Both the position numbers and the translations under genes were made by a program. Positions 36,237 through 49,229 of a DNA stretch of 64,000 nt are shown here, in pieces. The stretch's first letter is position 1. Every line of letters starts with the position of its first letter. The notes beneath the pieces are model-generated. The model ran no database searches. It saw only the letters and a list, made by a program, of their open reading frames with translations, and was not told the DNA's origin. Source of the stretch: Dicyema japonicum (lineage: Eukaryota; Animalia; Dicyemida); NCBI GenBank assembly GCA_011109175.1, contig RDEW01000060.1:188432-252431 (forward strand), read 5' to 3'.

Positions 36237-36819
36237 TAGTTAGTATTTTAGTTAATTTTTAGAAAAACTGGAAACCCCTATCTGATGGTCATGAAAACAG
36301 GCTGTTCCCATACTATTGGAGAGTCAGTGATTGTTCCATATCTGAAATTGATATTATCGGATGTTATGGATCTCACCAAAAATTATTTTGTAGTATTCCA
36401 TTAGAAAATCTACCGTCGAAAGCGACGGATGGAGCCATGACGATGTTGTAAAATTCAAAGACTTTACAGCATTTTAAAGAATTATGCCCTGAAATCCACG
36501 TACGGACGGTGAAAATTATTTATTAAGAAGTGAGCGAAATAAATTGAAAATTTGTAAATTTATATTCGATTTTAAGTCGAATTATATTGAAATGTTGCAT
36601 TTTTCAATAAAATTATTCGCTAACGAGCTAGATACATAAAAGTAAAAAATTTAAATTTACTCATGGGCGGGGAAATTTTAGGCTAACGGTGATATTGAAA
36701 AATAGGAGGCGGGAAAAAAGGTTGAAAACCACTGGTGAAGAGCACGGTACAAGCGGAACCCAAAGTATTCATATGCTTATGGTAACACGGGAGTGCATTT
36801 AACTAACTCAAGAAAATTA

Positions 36820-37060
36820 TGGTGACTCATTGACACCAATTCTCTTTTTATTTATCTTAGCTAGAATGAGCTAACAAAAAACCGAGTTTATTGCAGTCAA
36901 AAGAGAAGCTTTCCTGCCCGAGGCGAGTGTATGATAACGATGCTATCTTGGTTGGCAGCCTCGGGTTCATGATTGACAGGTTCATCCGATTGATCGTTTG
37001 CCACGTGTTGCGTCTTACCAACACATATAAACAGCCTCTCATGACATTATCTTAGAGGAA
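36820..37060 (-). mobile_element. Possible Penelope GIY-YIG endonuclease remnant
   Basis: Broken frames with AVY..G.T...R..E...H...F.F...KRE spacing; very decayed. Confidence 0.3.
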
Positions 37061-38119
37061 ATCAATACACAAAGAATCAAAACAGAAGCAAGTAAAAACA
37101 ACCGTCGTGTTCGACAATAATCATTGTACTGAGTTTAAACATACTTGTAACCAAGGAACAATACGCCACGCAAGCAAGCAGCGCAAGCGTGACATGCCGT
37201 CATAACAAGGAGAACGTTACTGACCAAGTAACATCAGAGTAGGACTCGCACATTTACTGTATGGAAACAGTCTAACTCTGAATATAAGACAAGTTCGAAA
37301 TGTACTTGCTTGCTTTTGACCGTTATGACTCGACATGAAAGTGAAGGATCTCTAGGATCGAGCTATTTTGGTAACATGTTGCCTGATCGGCCTATATGTT
37401 AGTGAATGGACTGGGGGTTAACAATTTAATTAAAAAATAATTAAGGGCTCAATTACCGATTATTCTGGTTAAGTATTCAATCAACTGAATTCTATCGTTC
37501 AATCTGAGTCCTCTTGCAAAAACGCTGCGGAAACACTAGCAAATCAGAAAATTGAAGAAATCGAGTCAATTTCAAAGTTATAGTTTATTATACATATTCT
37601 TTAGATAAAACTGTAAAGATAATTTATTGTGTTTAGCATTTTTTGCGTAATTTGGAAAAAGTCAGCCTCAGAGACAACGAAACCCTTAAAGAAAAAAAAT
37701 ACGCCATCTCATGTAGGCAGTTCGTTTTATTGAGCACATTTCCATACAAATAGTATGGGGATGCACTCGATCACTAATTCTGCTTACTAATTTATAATAT
37801 TTTCATGATAGCTTTTAAAAAGAAAATTCTCATAAAGCTTCACATTACCTGGTATCTTCCATCCCTTCGTTGGAGCTTCGATACAAACAATTTGTTCTAC
37901 CAAGCATCTAATACTCTTTTGCATCATGGATTCCTCGCTTTCGCTATCGTCACAGAGTAAACTGGAGGTGTTACAAAACAGATCCTTAGAATATTATTTA
38001 GATAGTCGAAACAGACTCCCACGTGCTGTTACGAAAAACACTAAGCGTTTCACCAATAATGGAATACTTTCCGGAACGCCAGCGAGAATTCCATAGCAAT
38101 TGCTCTTGAATTCCTTTTT

Positions 38120-38367
38120 CTTTGTTCCTTATTTTCTCTCATTTACTAGAGTGACATCATGTGAACCACTTGTCTCTGATGATGTCCAATGCCAGGATAG
38201 CATGAAAAAGAATCATTTGCTCTTCCCATTCCATTTGAGGTGTTTTCCTTTTTGTTGGCTCTGGTAAAGATGTATGTGATGTTGGAAGGACTCCCTATTT
38301 CTGTGACAGTGGGAACTGGATACTATTATCCTCTATCTCGGTGTATCCGTAGTTAATAAAAAAAAAA
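38120..38367 (+). repeat. Unclassified ~250-bp dispersed repeat, copy 3
   Basis: Ends tctcggtgtatccgtagttaataaaaaaaaaa. Confidence 0.75.
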
Positions 38368-38724
38368 GCGGAAGGCCAATGTTTTAGGAGAGCCATTTTT
38401 TGGAGTCTATAGATATCATAAAATAATTAATAAAGGAAATTTCTGAAAGCATTAATATTGATAAATTACCCAGACCACAATAAATTTGACAAATATTTGT
38501 TCCAAATGATTAATTAATATAATTTCCGCAAAATAAAAATAAAATATTTTAAATTAATTAAGATAAAAATCGACAAAATAGTAGATATTATAAAATCAAG
38601 TACCTGTACATAGCAACGGTGACTAATGTGGTTTAGTCAATTATATAAAGCATAATTTAGCCAATATTACGCAGATTTCCAAACCGAATTATAAAAATGT
38701 TAGAGAAATAGTAACTTTAGTAGA

Positions 38725-39945
38725 ATGACCCAAAATAAGGTTGTAATCCACAAACGGATCGAAAGCAATTCCTTTCTAAACAATTTATTTGTCTTCGACC
38801 AGTCAATCGGAAAGGGGACCTTCGGAGTTGTTTACAAGGCCTTCAGTTCGCGGATGCAGACTGACATTGCGATCAAAATAGTTCACAAGGATAAGGTCAA
38901 ACACATCTCATAATTTTAGGCTGGAAGCAGAGGGGTTGAGCTGTTAGAACATGAAATCGAGATTTTGAAGATAATTGACCACCCCAACCTTATAAGACTG
39001 TACGAAATGTACGAGACCAGTCAGGTTTGGGTCTTCGGTTACTTGATTACAGCAAGTCTTCATGGTTATGGAATTATGCCACAAGGGACAGCTTACTGAA
39101 CTCCTTAAAGCCAAAGAATACTTTGAAGAGCATGAGGCTCTCCATATTATCAAGCAGCTAGCCAATGCCCTGACTTATATCCACAAAATGGGTATATGTT
39201 TACTCTTCACAGCAGACATTGTCCACCGGGACATTAAACTGGAGAACATTTTAGTGCAGGACAGATTCGACGATCAATTTGGCTTCATAATAAAGGTTTT
39301 CTACCATGATGATTAAGATCACGGATTTTGGACTGGCCATTAAAATTGGCGGAGTCACAGCTGGCGACATGCTACACGAGTTCTGTGGAACTCCAATTTA
39401 CATGGGTATTTTGGAAGATTTAGCTCTGTAGCTCCAGAAATGGTTCGAAAACAATCCTACAGCACACTTTGCGACGTGTGGGCCATGGGAATCATATCCT
39501 ACACTTTGTATTAGATCTCTGATTACTCTAGGATCCAGGGACAGCAACCATTCTCATTCAAATCTCAGCAGCAGTTGTACAAGCTTATTAGAAATGGAGA
39601 AATCGAGTACAAGTCCTCACGTTTCGGAAAAATATCGCCTCAGGGTTCATTTGTGACTCATTGCAGGGGTAAAGTGCATTCAGGGGATGCTGGAGATAGA
39701 TCCAGCTCACAGAATGTCCGCAAACGAGATCCTAAATTCTAGTTGGATTACTGTAAGTGTATTCCTTATTGAAGGGGAGAGCCCGTAATTCGGACACTAT
39801 AAATGTACTAGAGATGATGAAACAGTATAAAGAAGAGGACGACAAGGCTGAGTGCAAGGAAGTCGTAGAGAAAGTTGAACAAAAGCAGGAGGACAGTAAT
39901 ATTGTCCGAGTATGTAAGATTAACAGGAAAATTAAGAAAAAATAA
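38725..39945 (+). CDS. STK33: Serine/threonine-protein kinase 33 (CAMK group)
   Basis: Eight introns of 22-28 nt (38896-38919, 39025-39052, 39192-39215, 39296-39317, 39406-39431, 39508-39531, 39645-39666, 39753-39774) give an intact kinase: GKGTFG, AIK..K.KAGS..V.LLE.E, HRDIKLEN, DFGLA, CGTPIYMAPE, DPAHR and the STK33-like NVLEMMK. Confidence 0.92.
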
Positions 39946-40062
39946 AGTTATTTTTTTAATTTTTAGTAGTAGATTTTATATTTGAAAATATTTAAATCAT
40001 TAAATTTTTGTTTATTTTTAATAAAAAATTTTAAATTTTCACGTTTTTGTTATTTGCTGTGG

Positions 40063-43000
40063 ATGGGTGGAGTAAAACGAAGAAATAGTGTCCTTAAAGT
40101 AACTAATTGGTTTTATTTCTCACAACAGGACAACATCTCTAAGATTAAGAAGGAGGCCCCTGAGCATGAAGAGATCGTCGCTCTTAAAAATTTAATGCAT
40201 TCAGAAAACTCAGTTTTATTCGAATTGAAGGTTGTGATTTACACTTATTTGCCCGCTTAGATGAATGAGCTTATTTCTTCCGTGAAAATAACTTCCATCA
40301 ACGATAAGTTGAAGAGGTTCCTTTTTGACATTGAACAGACGATCAAATCCATAAGTCCTACGATCATCGAGAATGTAACATTCCGTGATTATGTAGATTG
40401 GTGAAAACGGAAAGATTGAAGACGTATTTATACCATTCAAGTTGGACAGGAAAGTAACCCTTAATTTCTACCCTCCTACTTCCGTTTCGATCGTTGGATC
40501 GTTTAGCAACAGAACTGCTATCCGACCGGATGTGAACATTGACATGTGCGTCGAAATTCCTTCCGTTTGCTTCCTTCTAATTAAAGACATCAATTTCTCC
40601 AAGGGATTCCTCAAATTTCGTGTATTTCTCTAAAAGAGCTCTTTATTTGGCCTTTCTGACAGTATCACTCAGCAAATCCGACTTTGTTGAGAAAGCAGAG
40701 TTTGCTTTCCATATGAACAATAAATTTCGTCCAATTCTACTCCTCACGTCTAAAAGTTGTGATCGATTTAAACAATTAGCGCCAATTTTACGTCGAATCA
40801 AGGTTATGGTTCACGTGGTGCCCCAACCTGGCGTTTTCAGCCTCGGAGTTTTCATCCTAATCGTTCCAACATAAAATCAAGAAAAACAAGTTTTATAGAA
40901 AATTTATTTCAAGTTCACAAAGAAAGTCCTTTTTATAACTTTTCTTGTCTCGTGGATGTCTGTATGAACGACCAAAATGCGATAATTTCTGAATCGCTGA
41001 CCGGAAATTTGGGAAATGTTCTCATTTTGGTCAAAGTGTGGGCCAAACAACGCGGCCTCGACTGTTTGGTTAGAATTTTGTCATATGTAGTTTTCCGGCT
41101 TTGTGCTGTCAATGTTTTTTGTCTACTTGATTCAAAATAATACTATTTCAGAGGCGATGACTGTTATGCAGATTTTGAGGAGTTTTTTCCTCTTTCTTGG
41201 TTGTGCTTTATTCTAACATAGACCAAACTGACATATCAATCAAGCCTATTTCTCTTTGTGTTGGGAATAACAACGGGAAAACGGATCAAAATTCCCGTCT
41301 TCCGGATTTGGATGATTTTTCCCGCCAATCTCCTCTTGTCTTTGTGGACTCGACTGGATTTATAAACATCCTCTCCCACGTTCAAATTAGTCACTACAAA
41401 ATGGTTTGTACATGAAATCAATTTTAGTTGAGACATGAGGCTGGGCTCACTTTGAGGATCCTCTCTGAACTCTATGAAAATAGTTTCGAACTACTATTCA
41501 TGACTCCTATTGCTCTCTACGAGAAGTTCGACCTTCAATTTAAGTTCACAAACTCATCATTTTTTTAGAATTTCCAACTCCTTCTCCCGTTCATTAATTA
41601 CCAAATTTAATTTGGAGAGCAAATATGAAGACACTGGCCATTCTGTTCACCACAGTCTTATTAATCGCCTTGAAGATATTCTCATCAGATCCCTCACTGT
41701 TCGAGTGACTCATATTTGTCTTTTAACTCCATGCCATCAGGTTCGGGCTATACTAAAATTTCAGTGGTCTGTGGATTCCCCAGTACCGAAGAATGCTTAT
41801 GTATCTGGTGTTAAGGTGGGGTTACTTCTTGATGGAAATCACTGCTACAAAACTGTGGACAGACTAGAATCGAAAGATCCGGGGCTTGTATTACTGGTTT
41901 TGTCATTGTAGGTTACTTCTTTCCGCGAGTTTTGGGGACAACAGTGCATTTTGCGAAGATTTCCTGACGGGATTGTCTGTGAATCTGTGCTTTGGCCTGC
42001 AAAAACATTCGCGGAGAAACGTGGAATTATCAAAAACATCCTTAAATACATCCTCAATCTGTATTTTCCGTAATAAAGCCTAGACACTGTGATGCGAAGG
42101 AAAGAGTGTCTCTGTGTTAGAACTGACAGAAAAACAACTTATTTCAAGAAAGTTGAACAAAAAGAGAGAGTTTTGTGTATCTGAAGACGAAAGCCACGTC
42201 GAAATGAGTCAACTTTATACAGATTTTTGCAAAATCATTCAGTCCTTGACTTCTCTCCCATTGAATGTTGATATTCTTCAGTCTCTCTCCCCCATCCTTC
42301 GATTTGCCGAGGTTGTGATCCTTTTATAGTCAGACTTTTCCCAACAAATATGCTGTGCAGAAAACGAGGGTTAAATTTCGCAGGGGACACTGCATCCCAT
42401 ATCAGGGATCTTCACTTTTGCCTTCATTCATTCAGTCGGTTCAAGGTACCTCGGGTTCATATTGGTAGTTTTGGCCGTGATGGAATCGAGTAATAAATGG
42501 CCCGCAGATTTTAAGGCTGTCTGTCGACTGAAGGCTCTGTTTTATATCAAAATGGCTCAGGAGTTGAGGACGACATATTCCATCCAGGCTGTCGGGTATG
42601 CTGATCGACTGGACGTCATTTATGTATGACATGTGATAAATTGGAGAAATCTGTTCCTTGGAGACTGGAAATTACATTTCCAAACGAAACTAGCGCTGTG
42701 CAGTTCATCAGCAAGGAAAAATTGGAGGAACATCGCTATAACTATTCTATTCTTCCCCAATTGAATTTATTCCTTATAAAGTATTGTAATGAGACATTTT
42801 AGTGCTCAACATACCAACACACGTGCCTATTGCTGCGGCGTGAGGATCATAAAGAGATGGCTGGCCTCCCATTTGCTACTGTCTCTTCATATACCTGAGA
42901 TTGTCGTCGAAATTATCGCCAGCTATGTATGCACTCAAAGTCTGCCTTTTACGACTCCAATGTGGCTGCTTTTTTCATTTTTAGGTCCCACGTGCTGTGT

Positions 43001-43786
43001 TTGTGAGGTTTGTCCGCTTAATGAGCGAGTTTGATTGGAAGTCGAAACCACTGATATGTGATCCCCATTATGTTCTGAGCTGTTCTCTTTGTGGTTGTTA
43101 TTGTTAGGTGAGGACCGAGAAGAAGTCTTAAGGGAGTTTGAAAACAATCGCTCAAGGCTTCCATCTCTTTTTGTGGTCACTCCAGTCGACAAGTTCTCTT
43201 TCTGCACTCGTGATGGTCCTTCCCCATGATTCTAAGAAGGATTTCCCTGCTCTCAAAGCGGACTCTGAGTATGATTTCAGCCGATGCGGCCAATGTATTT
43301 TATTTTTTTATGTGAGATCTCTTTAGAGCCAAATTTCAGTCATTTTAATATTCTGATTCTCATAAAGAAGAAAATTCTCACTTTTTTGTATGGGAAATGT
43401 GATTCCTCTCCCGAAACGGATCAGAAACCTCGAGGGTTGTCGCATATGCCTGTTCTTGACTACAACCCAGTCAATTCGTTTGTTTACTCTCTTTCGGTTA
43501 TTTGATGGTTTTATGCGACAGAAACGGTTTTCTCGGCAGGCTTTGTTTTTCTATGATTTGTACGGGGGTAACACCGTGGGAGTCCTTCTCAAGCCTTCTT
43601 TTACTGCGAACATCCCATTTTCTGTGGATTTGTTTGTGTGATGTTTAGATTGAGGACGTAAAGTATAGAAAACCTGCTATTGGGGATGACGGCATTTCCG
43701 TGGTACTTTGTCCTGATTTGACTTCGTTTATTGAAGATATTAAAATTATCGGTGGAAATTTGGTAGATGATGTGATTGTTAAGTGA
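40063..43786 (+). CDS. NOL6: Nucleolar protein 6 (Nrap/Utp22)
   Basis: F.PPTSVSIVGSF...IRPDVNIDM.VEIP, YFSKRALYLA, LVKVWAKQRGL, VFVDSTGFINI, FREFWG...LRRFPDG.VCESVLW, IKRWLASHLL, FFYDLYGG.TVGV; many 22-30 nt introns; apparent 1-nt frameshift near 40846. Confidence 0.92.
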
Positions 43787-43899
43787 CTAAGTTTTGTATT
43801 TTTTAATATATTTGAGATTTCTGTTGGCCTTTTTTAATTGTTACATTCTAAAAATAATAGCTTTTAGATAGGCATGTCGAACTCAAAAGGCTACAGTGG

Positions 43900-44195
43900 T
43901 CGTCATTATTATTTTAAAATTTAAAGACCACCAAGACTATTAACTCGCTAAATTAAGTGATTCCAGCTTCCAACATTTCTTGAATTCTCTTCTAATGCTC
44001 TGTCAGTGAACCAATAGCGTTCTTGAAGTGTTTTTTATTTCCGCAGAGGAATTCTATCGGAGTGCACTTTTTTAATGCCGATCTGAATTCCTCCGCATGA
44101 ACCACCCTCTCTCTGAATGGGTTTCCAACTCCTTGCACATACGTAGGAAGTCCTGGCCATTTCTCACCGTCGCTTCCTTGAAAGGAGACTGGAGT
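43900..44195 (-). mobile_element. APE-type LINE 3' fragment (AGIT* family)
   Basis: Similar to 24950-25240; ends GCT GGA ATC ACT TAA. Confidence 0.75.
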
Positions 44196-44249
44196 GGCCG
44201 CCATAAGATAATTTTAGTATAAAAGCGGGCCAATTTGAAAAACACGTTA

Positions 44250-44800
44250 TCTTATTGAAGTGTATTTAATAATTTGCAAGTCCACCACAACCGTTATATT
44301 ACGAGAACGCTCCACAACGACAAATATTACAATTGTAATCATTTTTCAAGATCATCAAATGACTCTTTAGTCTGTTTTGTCCTGAGGATTTTGTAGATTT
44401 CATGAAGGAAATCAACTGTTGACACATATGTGGAACCGAACATTGCCATAATCCTCATTGAAAACTTTGTGAAGTTTGTAAACTTTTCAAAAAAATATGA
44501 ATAGAAGCCCCATTTTGAGGTATTTTCCTCTGAGTGTAGAATCAGATTGCATTTCTAGTAGTTCCACCTCCAAGTTTTCATCTGATTTGACAGCATCAGA
44601 GGTTTAGCTAATGTAGATTCAGAATTGGCATGGGTTTTGAGTTTTTTGCATTTGGGAAAATGAACCAAATTTTCATGTGAAAATTGTGACTTCCAATCAA
44701 ACACTTGATGTCTTCATACAAGTGAGTGATAAGTTTGTTTTTGCCTCTTTAATTTCAAATTAGAACAAAAGAAACTTTTTGACTACAGTGATTACTACAT
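44250..44800 (-). mobile_element. hAT (Buster/SPIN-like) transposase C-terminal remnant
   Basis: MAMFGSTY.C....S.MK motif; HFP-containing segment upstream. Confidence 0.55.
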
Positions 44801-44859
44801 GTCCTTTTTGGGTCGGGTAATCATCGGTTCAGTGACTTCTGTGAAACCTTTCTAGATTT

Positions 44860-46560
44860 TCTTGAAAAGCTCACTCCTCTACTATGAAAGTATGTCGGTT
44901 CTCAGAGGAGACAAGAAGCTCTCTATTACGAAAGGCGAAAGTTTGGATTGGATCCAGAGCAGAGGCAATGTCGCTTGTCCAATTTGGCTTCACAATTCTC
45001 GTGAGATAATCACATGTGAATGGATGATGGTAAGTCTACTAAGATGCTATAAATGCCAACTATACGAACAAATACCTGCTTTCGGCAAGAAGAGATGTCT
45101 TCGCTGTGGCGGGGAATATGATGTTGTCAGATGTGAGGGTGCATCAGGATCGAAGATGGACTGCATCAATTGTCGTTCAGCCAATCACTGTGCAAGGTAC
45201 AAAGAATGTAGAGTTGCTAAAACGGCTGAATAAAATTTGCGAAACAATGAGCCAAAGCCTATCTCAAAAAAGAACATGGAAAGTAATGTACCAACAAATT
45301 CTGCCACCATTGTCTAAAAATCCTGATAAAGGACTGTGGTTATACCAATGCTGGAGAAGTGCTAGAGAACTAGAGGGAAAATTCACCTAACCTTTCTGAG
45401 AGAGTGTCCAGCCAGTTGAAGGAGATAATATCCAGGATAAAGCAGTCATGTACAATAGCGAAGATGGATTTAAAGAAAGTGGTGGCCTTGGTGATGGAGG
45501 AATCAGGCTGCAGAATGCTTGTTAACCAGATGATTAAAAAAGTGAAAAAGAATTCTCATCCCTTAATATGAGTTAACACTCCTTATGACGACCTCTGAGG
45601 TCGATGTCCCTGTAGTTAATGATCAAAGCTCAAGAAGATTGACTGTCACATACTGAAGGGTTACCATTTGGTGGATATTTTATGGAAGGATGGTGCAGTC
45701 ACCTGTATGAAAAGTCAATTTTCTATCGCAACTATCTTCAAGTTTGTAATCTCACTGTCATCTCTGCCACGTCCTGTGAATTCGTGTCCGTTTTCGCTTG
45801 TTGCGCGGTACTATGAATAAGTGTTGGTGGACACTACTCTAAGAACCTGGAGACATGTTCTACGTAGATTATTGAGTTCTACAACAAGAATTCGTATTCG
45901 ACTTTGGTGGGAGCTCTTTATTCAGTGAATGTCAGCTATGGATGTTATAACGTCGAAAATTTTTCGGAAAATTTAAACCGTTTTTTTGTCGCCACTTCTC
46001 TCTTATGTGGATATGCCTAGGACCACTTGGGATATTGGGAGTAACTATATTCCTCAGGCCGGGTATTGTTGAAGATGTTTTCCTTAGATACGACGTATCT
46101 AGTGGACTAGAACCATTATCGGGATTTTATAACGAAGAGTTTGTGTGGTTGGACCAAGGAATATGCAACATGGGAGATATTGTTAGCAGAGAAATCTGTT
46201 ACCACATGCAGACGGGGTGTTAGAACGAAAGTGGAAAGACAGAACCTCAAAAAATTGACATCAAGAATCCATCCTTCTGGAAGAGTTGAAAAGTTGGTGC
46301 GTCTTACGAGGGGAAAGAAGATTCGCTTGATCTAATCAAGTACTCTAAAGAAAACCTAAGAATTATGGACAGAGTAGGCACCTCATGGGAAGTAAAGATG
46401 ACAGTAAGGGAGTGTAAACCCAACTTGGAAGGACACGACCGTATAAACATGGTCACGTTTAAGGAAGGGTCAAACGTCATGTTTTGTGTTCTACAAAAAT
46501 TATTTGATGTAAGGCTTAAGTATACTCCATACCCGTGGAAGAAGTAAAGTGATGATGGTC
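44860..46560 (+). mobile_element. LINE remnant with ORF1 gag-like zinc knuckles and decayed ORF2
   Basis: RCYKCQ......C.RCGG......C.....C.NC...H.A....C triple-knuckle pattern. Confidence 0.6.
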
Positions 46561-47299
46561 CCAAGTCAGGAAAATCAAGGAGGGATCCTTTGAGCTACTC
46601 AAAGATGATTGTGCGGATTGTTTTTAAAAGATTGTGTAAACATATCGAAGATAGTAATTTTTTACTGCAAATGGGGTTTTCGTCTTGGGAGGTCCTGTTT
46701 CTACCAATTGAATTCTGATATTGCGCAGGTCATAAATAACCATTGCCTGGATAATTCTCCGGCGTTTGACAGTTTTTGGCGCGAAGCTCCTCTGGCATAA
46801 CTAATGTCGCTGGATATTCCAAAATATATATTAAACTGATAATAAATTTCTTAACCGGAAAGGAATCTTGTAAAGGTGGCGGCATTATCTGCACAGTGAT
46901 CTGGCTATCAGGGGGTTCCACAGGACTCAGTGCTGAGCCCAATTCTATTTAATATTTTTATGGCGAGTTTCCAAGACCGTCGAGCTTTAATTATGGAATC
47001 CTGATTTATGCAAACGAAATTTTTATAATTGATTCGCCCAAAAAGTCGGGTCTTTAAGAAGCTAAACATAGAAGTCATCAAAAATTGGTGTAGCATGAGA
47101 GATTTAAAGTTCTCTGTGAAAAGTCCAACAAACCATTCACTACTAATTTGTTGCGTCAGGAGGTAGCTAAAGCAAGAGCACACACTACAAATAAAGAGCA
47201 TGCATTCACTACTTCAGTGGTTCTTAACCTTTTTTAAGTCAGCGCCCCCTTAAGATTTAATTTTTCCAATTGCGGATTTATTTTAATTTTTTTCTTAGG

Positions 47300-48078
47300 G
47301 TTATAACACGTTTTATTTAACAATCTTTCTTACGAAAGGCCAATTTCCACCCGATTTCCTTCAGGAAAGAGGCTGTGATATTTTCCGACGTTTCGATTGC
47401 CACCGGTACAAAACGAAAGCGATCTCCAATTTCACCATATTTTTTAATTTTGATTTTCTTGGCCAGATCGGCTGCCGAACCAGCAGACTGCTCCGAGCTG
47501 AGCATCATCGAGTTGGGAAAGAATTTATCACTGTGCAGTCCTTTACGAGCGATTTTCCCTAAGTGAACGGAAAGATTGTTAGCCCATCCGGTCTTTTCCT
47601 GTCTACGCGGTCCAATCCCACGGGCTCCAGTACTGACGGGAAGCCTGCAGCTTCAAGAGCACGCATGACATCGTTGTTCATAGCAACGTGCGGGGTGTTC
47701 TGCCCGCACTCCTATTGCACGAAAGCGGATGCAGCCCTTTGGCATCGACGATCCCTTTAAAACGACATTGGTGTTCGACGCATACACCAACTCCCAGGCA
47801 TTGTGCGATCCCAATCCGAATACAGTCATCGTCCAAAAGGGTCCCCGAGAAGGAACACGAGAGTGCATCCTGCCAAAATTGTCCCCGCCGACATTACCGA
47901 CGTTGCGTGTTTCTCACGATTGCAACAGAGATTTACTGGAGAAGCCACCGGGTCTCACATGCGTCGTGGTCTTTTAGTGTAGCTAGGCGTTTAAGTTTCT
48001 TTCAGAAGCGAAGCGATTTCCCACTTATTCCTCCAGTTGTCTCGACTACAATGGGATAGAACGCGAATCGGTCGCGTA
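47300..48078 (-). mobile_element. CRE-like retrotransposon 3' part plus an adjacent second CRE 3' fragment (47876-48078)
   Basis: RH..MNNDVMRALEAAGFPSVLEPVGL.RVDRKRPDGLTIFP...GK; KKYGEIGDRFRFVPVAIETS. Confidence 0.85.
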
Positions 48079-49229
48079 GTTAGTGCCTTGTGTTTGATGA
48101 GAATTTGTCAATCCCTTTATGTTAGCTTCCATAGCTGACAGATTAGTCTCAAATCACCGCTAGTCACAATTTGTAATTTATTTCTTTTTTTGGTCAAAAT
48201 ATTAGAGACTGCACTAAATTCTCTTTCGACTTGATATGTTGGAGGAAATGCTTAAGTGTTTTGAATTTATTTGACAATTGAGGATATTTTTTCTGAGTAA
48301 CCCAGAATTATCCAATTTCGCTAAATATGACTTTAGCTTCAAAGTCATACTTCAGATTTAATAAATTTTCTGTTATTTCTAAAGATATATTGACGTTTTC
48401 AGCTCCAAATGGTTCTTAATACCAAACCAAAATTGGGGATTTCCAGAACTGAATAATATCAATGTGATGGGTCCCCAATATCATGACTTCCCATGATGGT
48501 TTCTCCCACGCATTCAAAGGCTATTTTTGAAATCAAACACTGGGATTATGCATGTGACCTGACCACAAATATTTCATTTAAGGTTAAATTTTTTAACTCA
48601 ATTTTTATTTTTCTAATGATTTAGCTATTCGAAGTCAGCGAGCCAGGACTCCGAATTCTTAGTGGACGTCGAATTTAGACACGTGCGCCGACGGGTATCT
48701 TAGGAAGGTTAAATTAAGCCTTGTAAATTAGTAAGCACATTCTTTCTTAGAATTTGTGTCAATGTCGGGATCATAGTTTGTTTTTTCGATTTAACGGTGG
48801 TCTTTGAATAAAAAATTTAATTTAATACGTTCACTCAGTCATCTTTCTTCATTATGTCTCCTCTTTTTTCCATTAACCATCTGATGGCGCCTAGATAGGA
48901 AAGACATTTGGATCCTAGTATCAGTCTTTTGCATGGATTGCAGCATGGATTCTCGAAAAGCAAATTTGGTATAACTACTTAAGCCTGAGGTCACTTTTCT
49001 GTTAAAAAAAGTCATGTCTAAGATAAGTAAAAAATTTACATTCTTATTTTAAAACACAAGAATAAAATTATTTTATTGTCACCCTTAATTTACTATCAAG
49101 CATTAATCTGTCCTATTGATATGTGTCTTCACTTTTTGGGGTGGCGCTCAGTTCAAGTTTTGCACGAAAAAAAACCATTCGACATTCCCCACCCCTCTAC
49201 AATCTTCAAAAGGGTGTCTATTAATTTCC

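Noticed and set aside
37750-38110. Merlin/IS1016-like transposase remnant
   Set aside because: Motif resemblance too weak to support
40840-40875. Programmed frameshift or pseudogenisation of NOL6
   Set aside because: A single 1-nt shift in an otherwise intact essential gene within an indel-prone assembly; sequencing error is more likely
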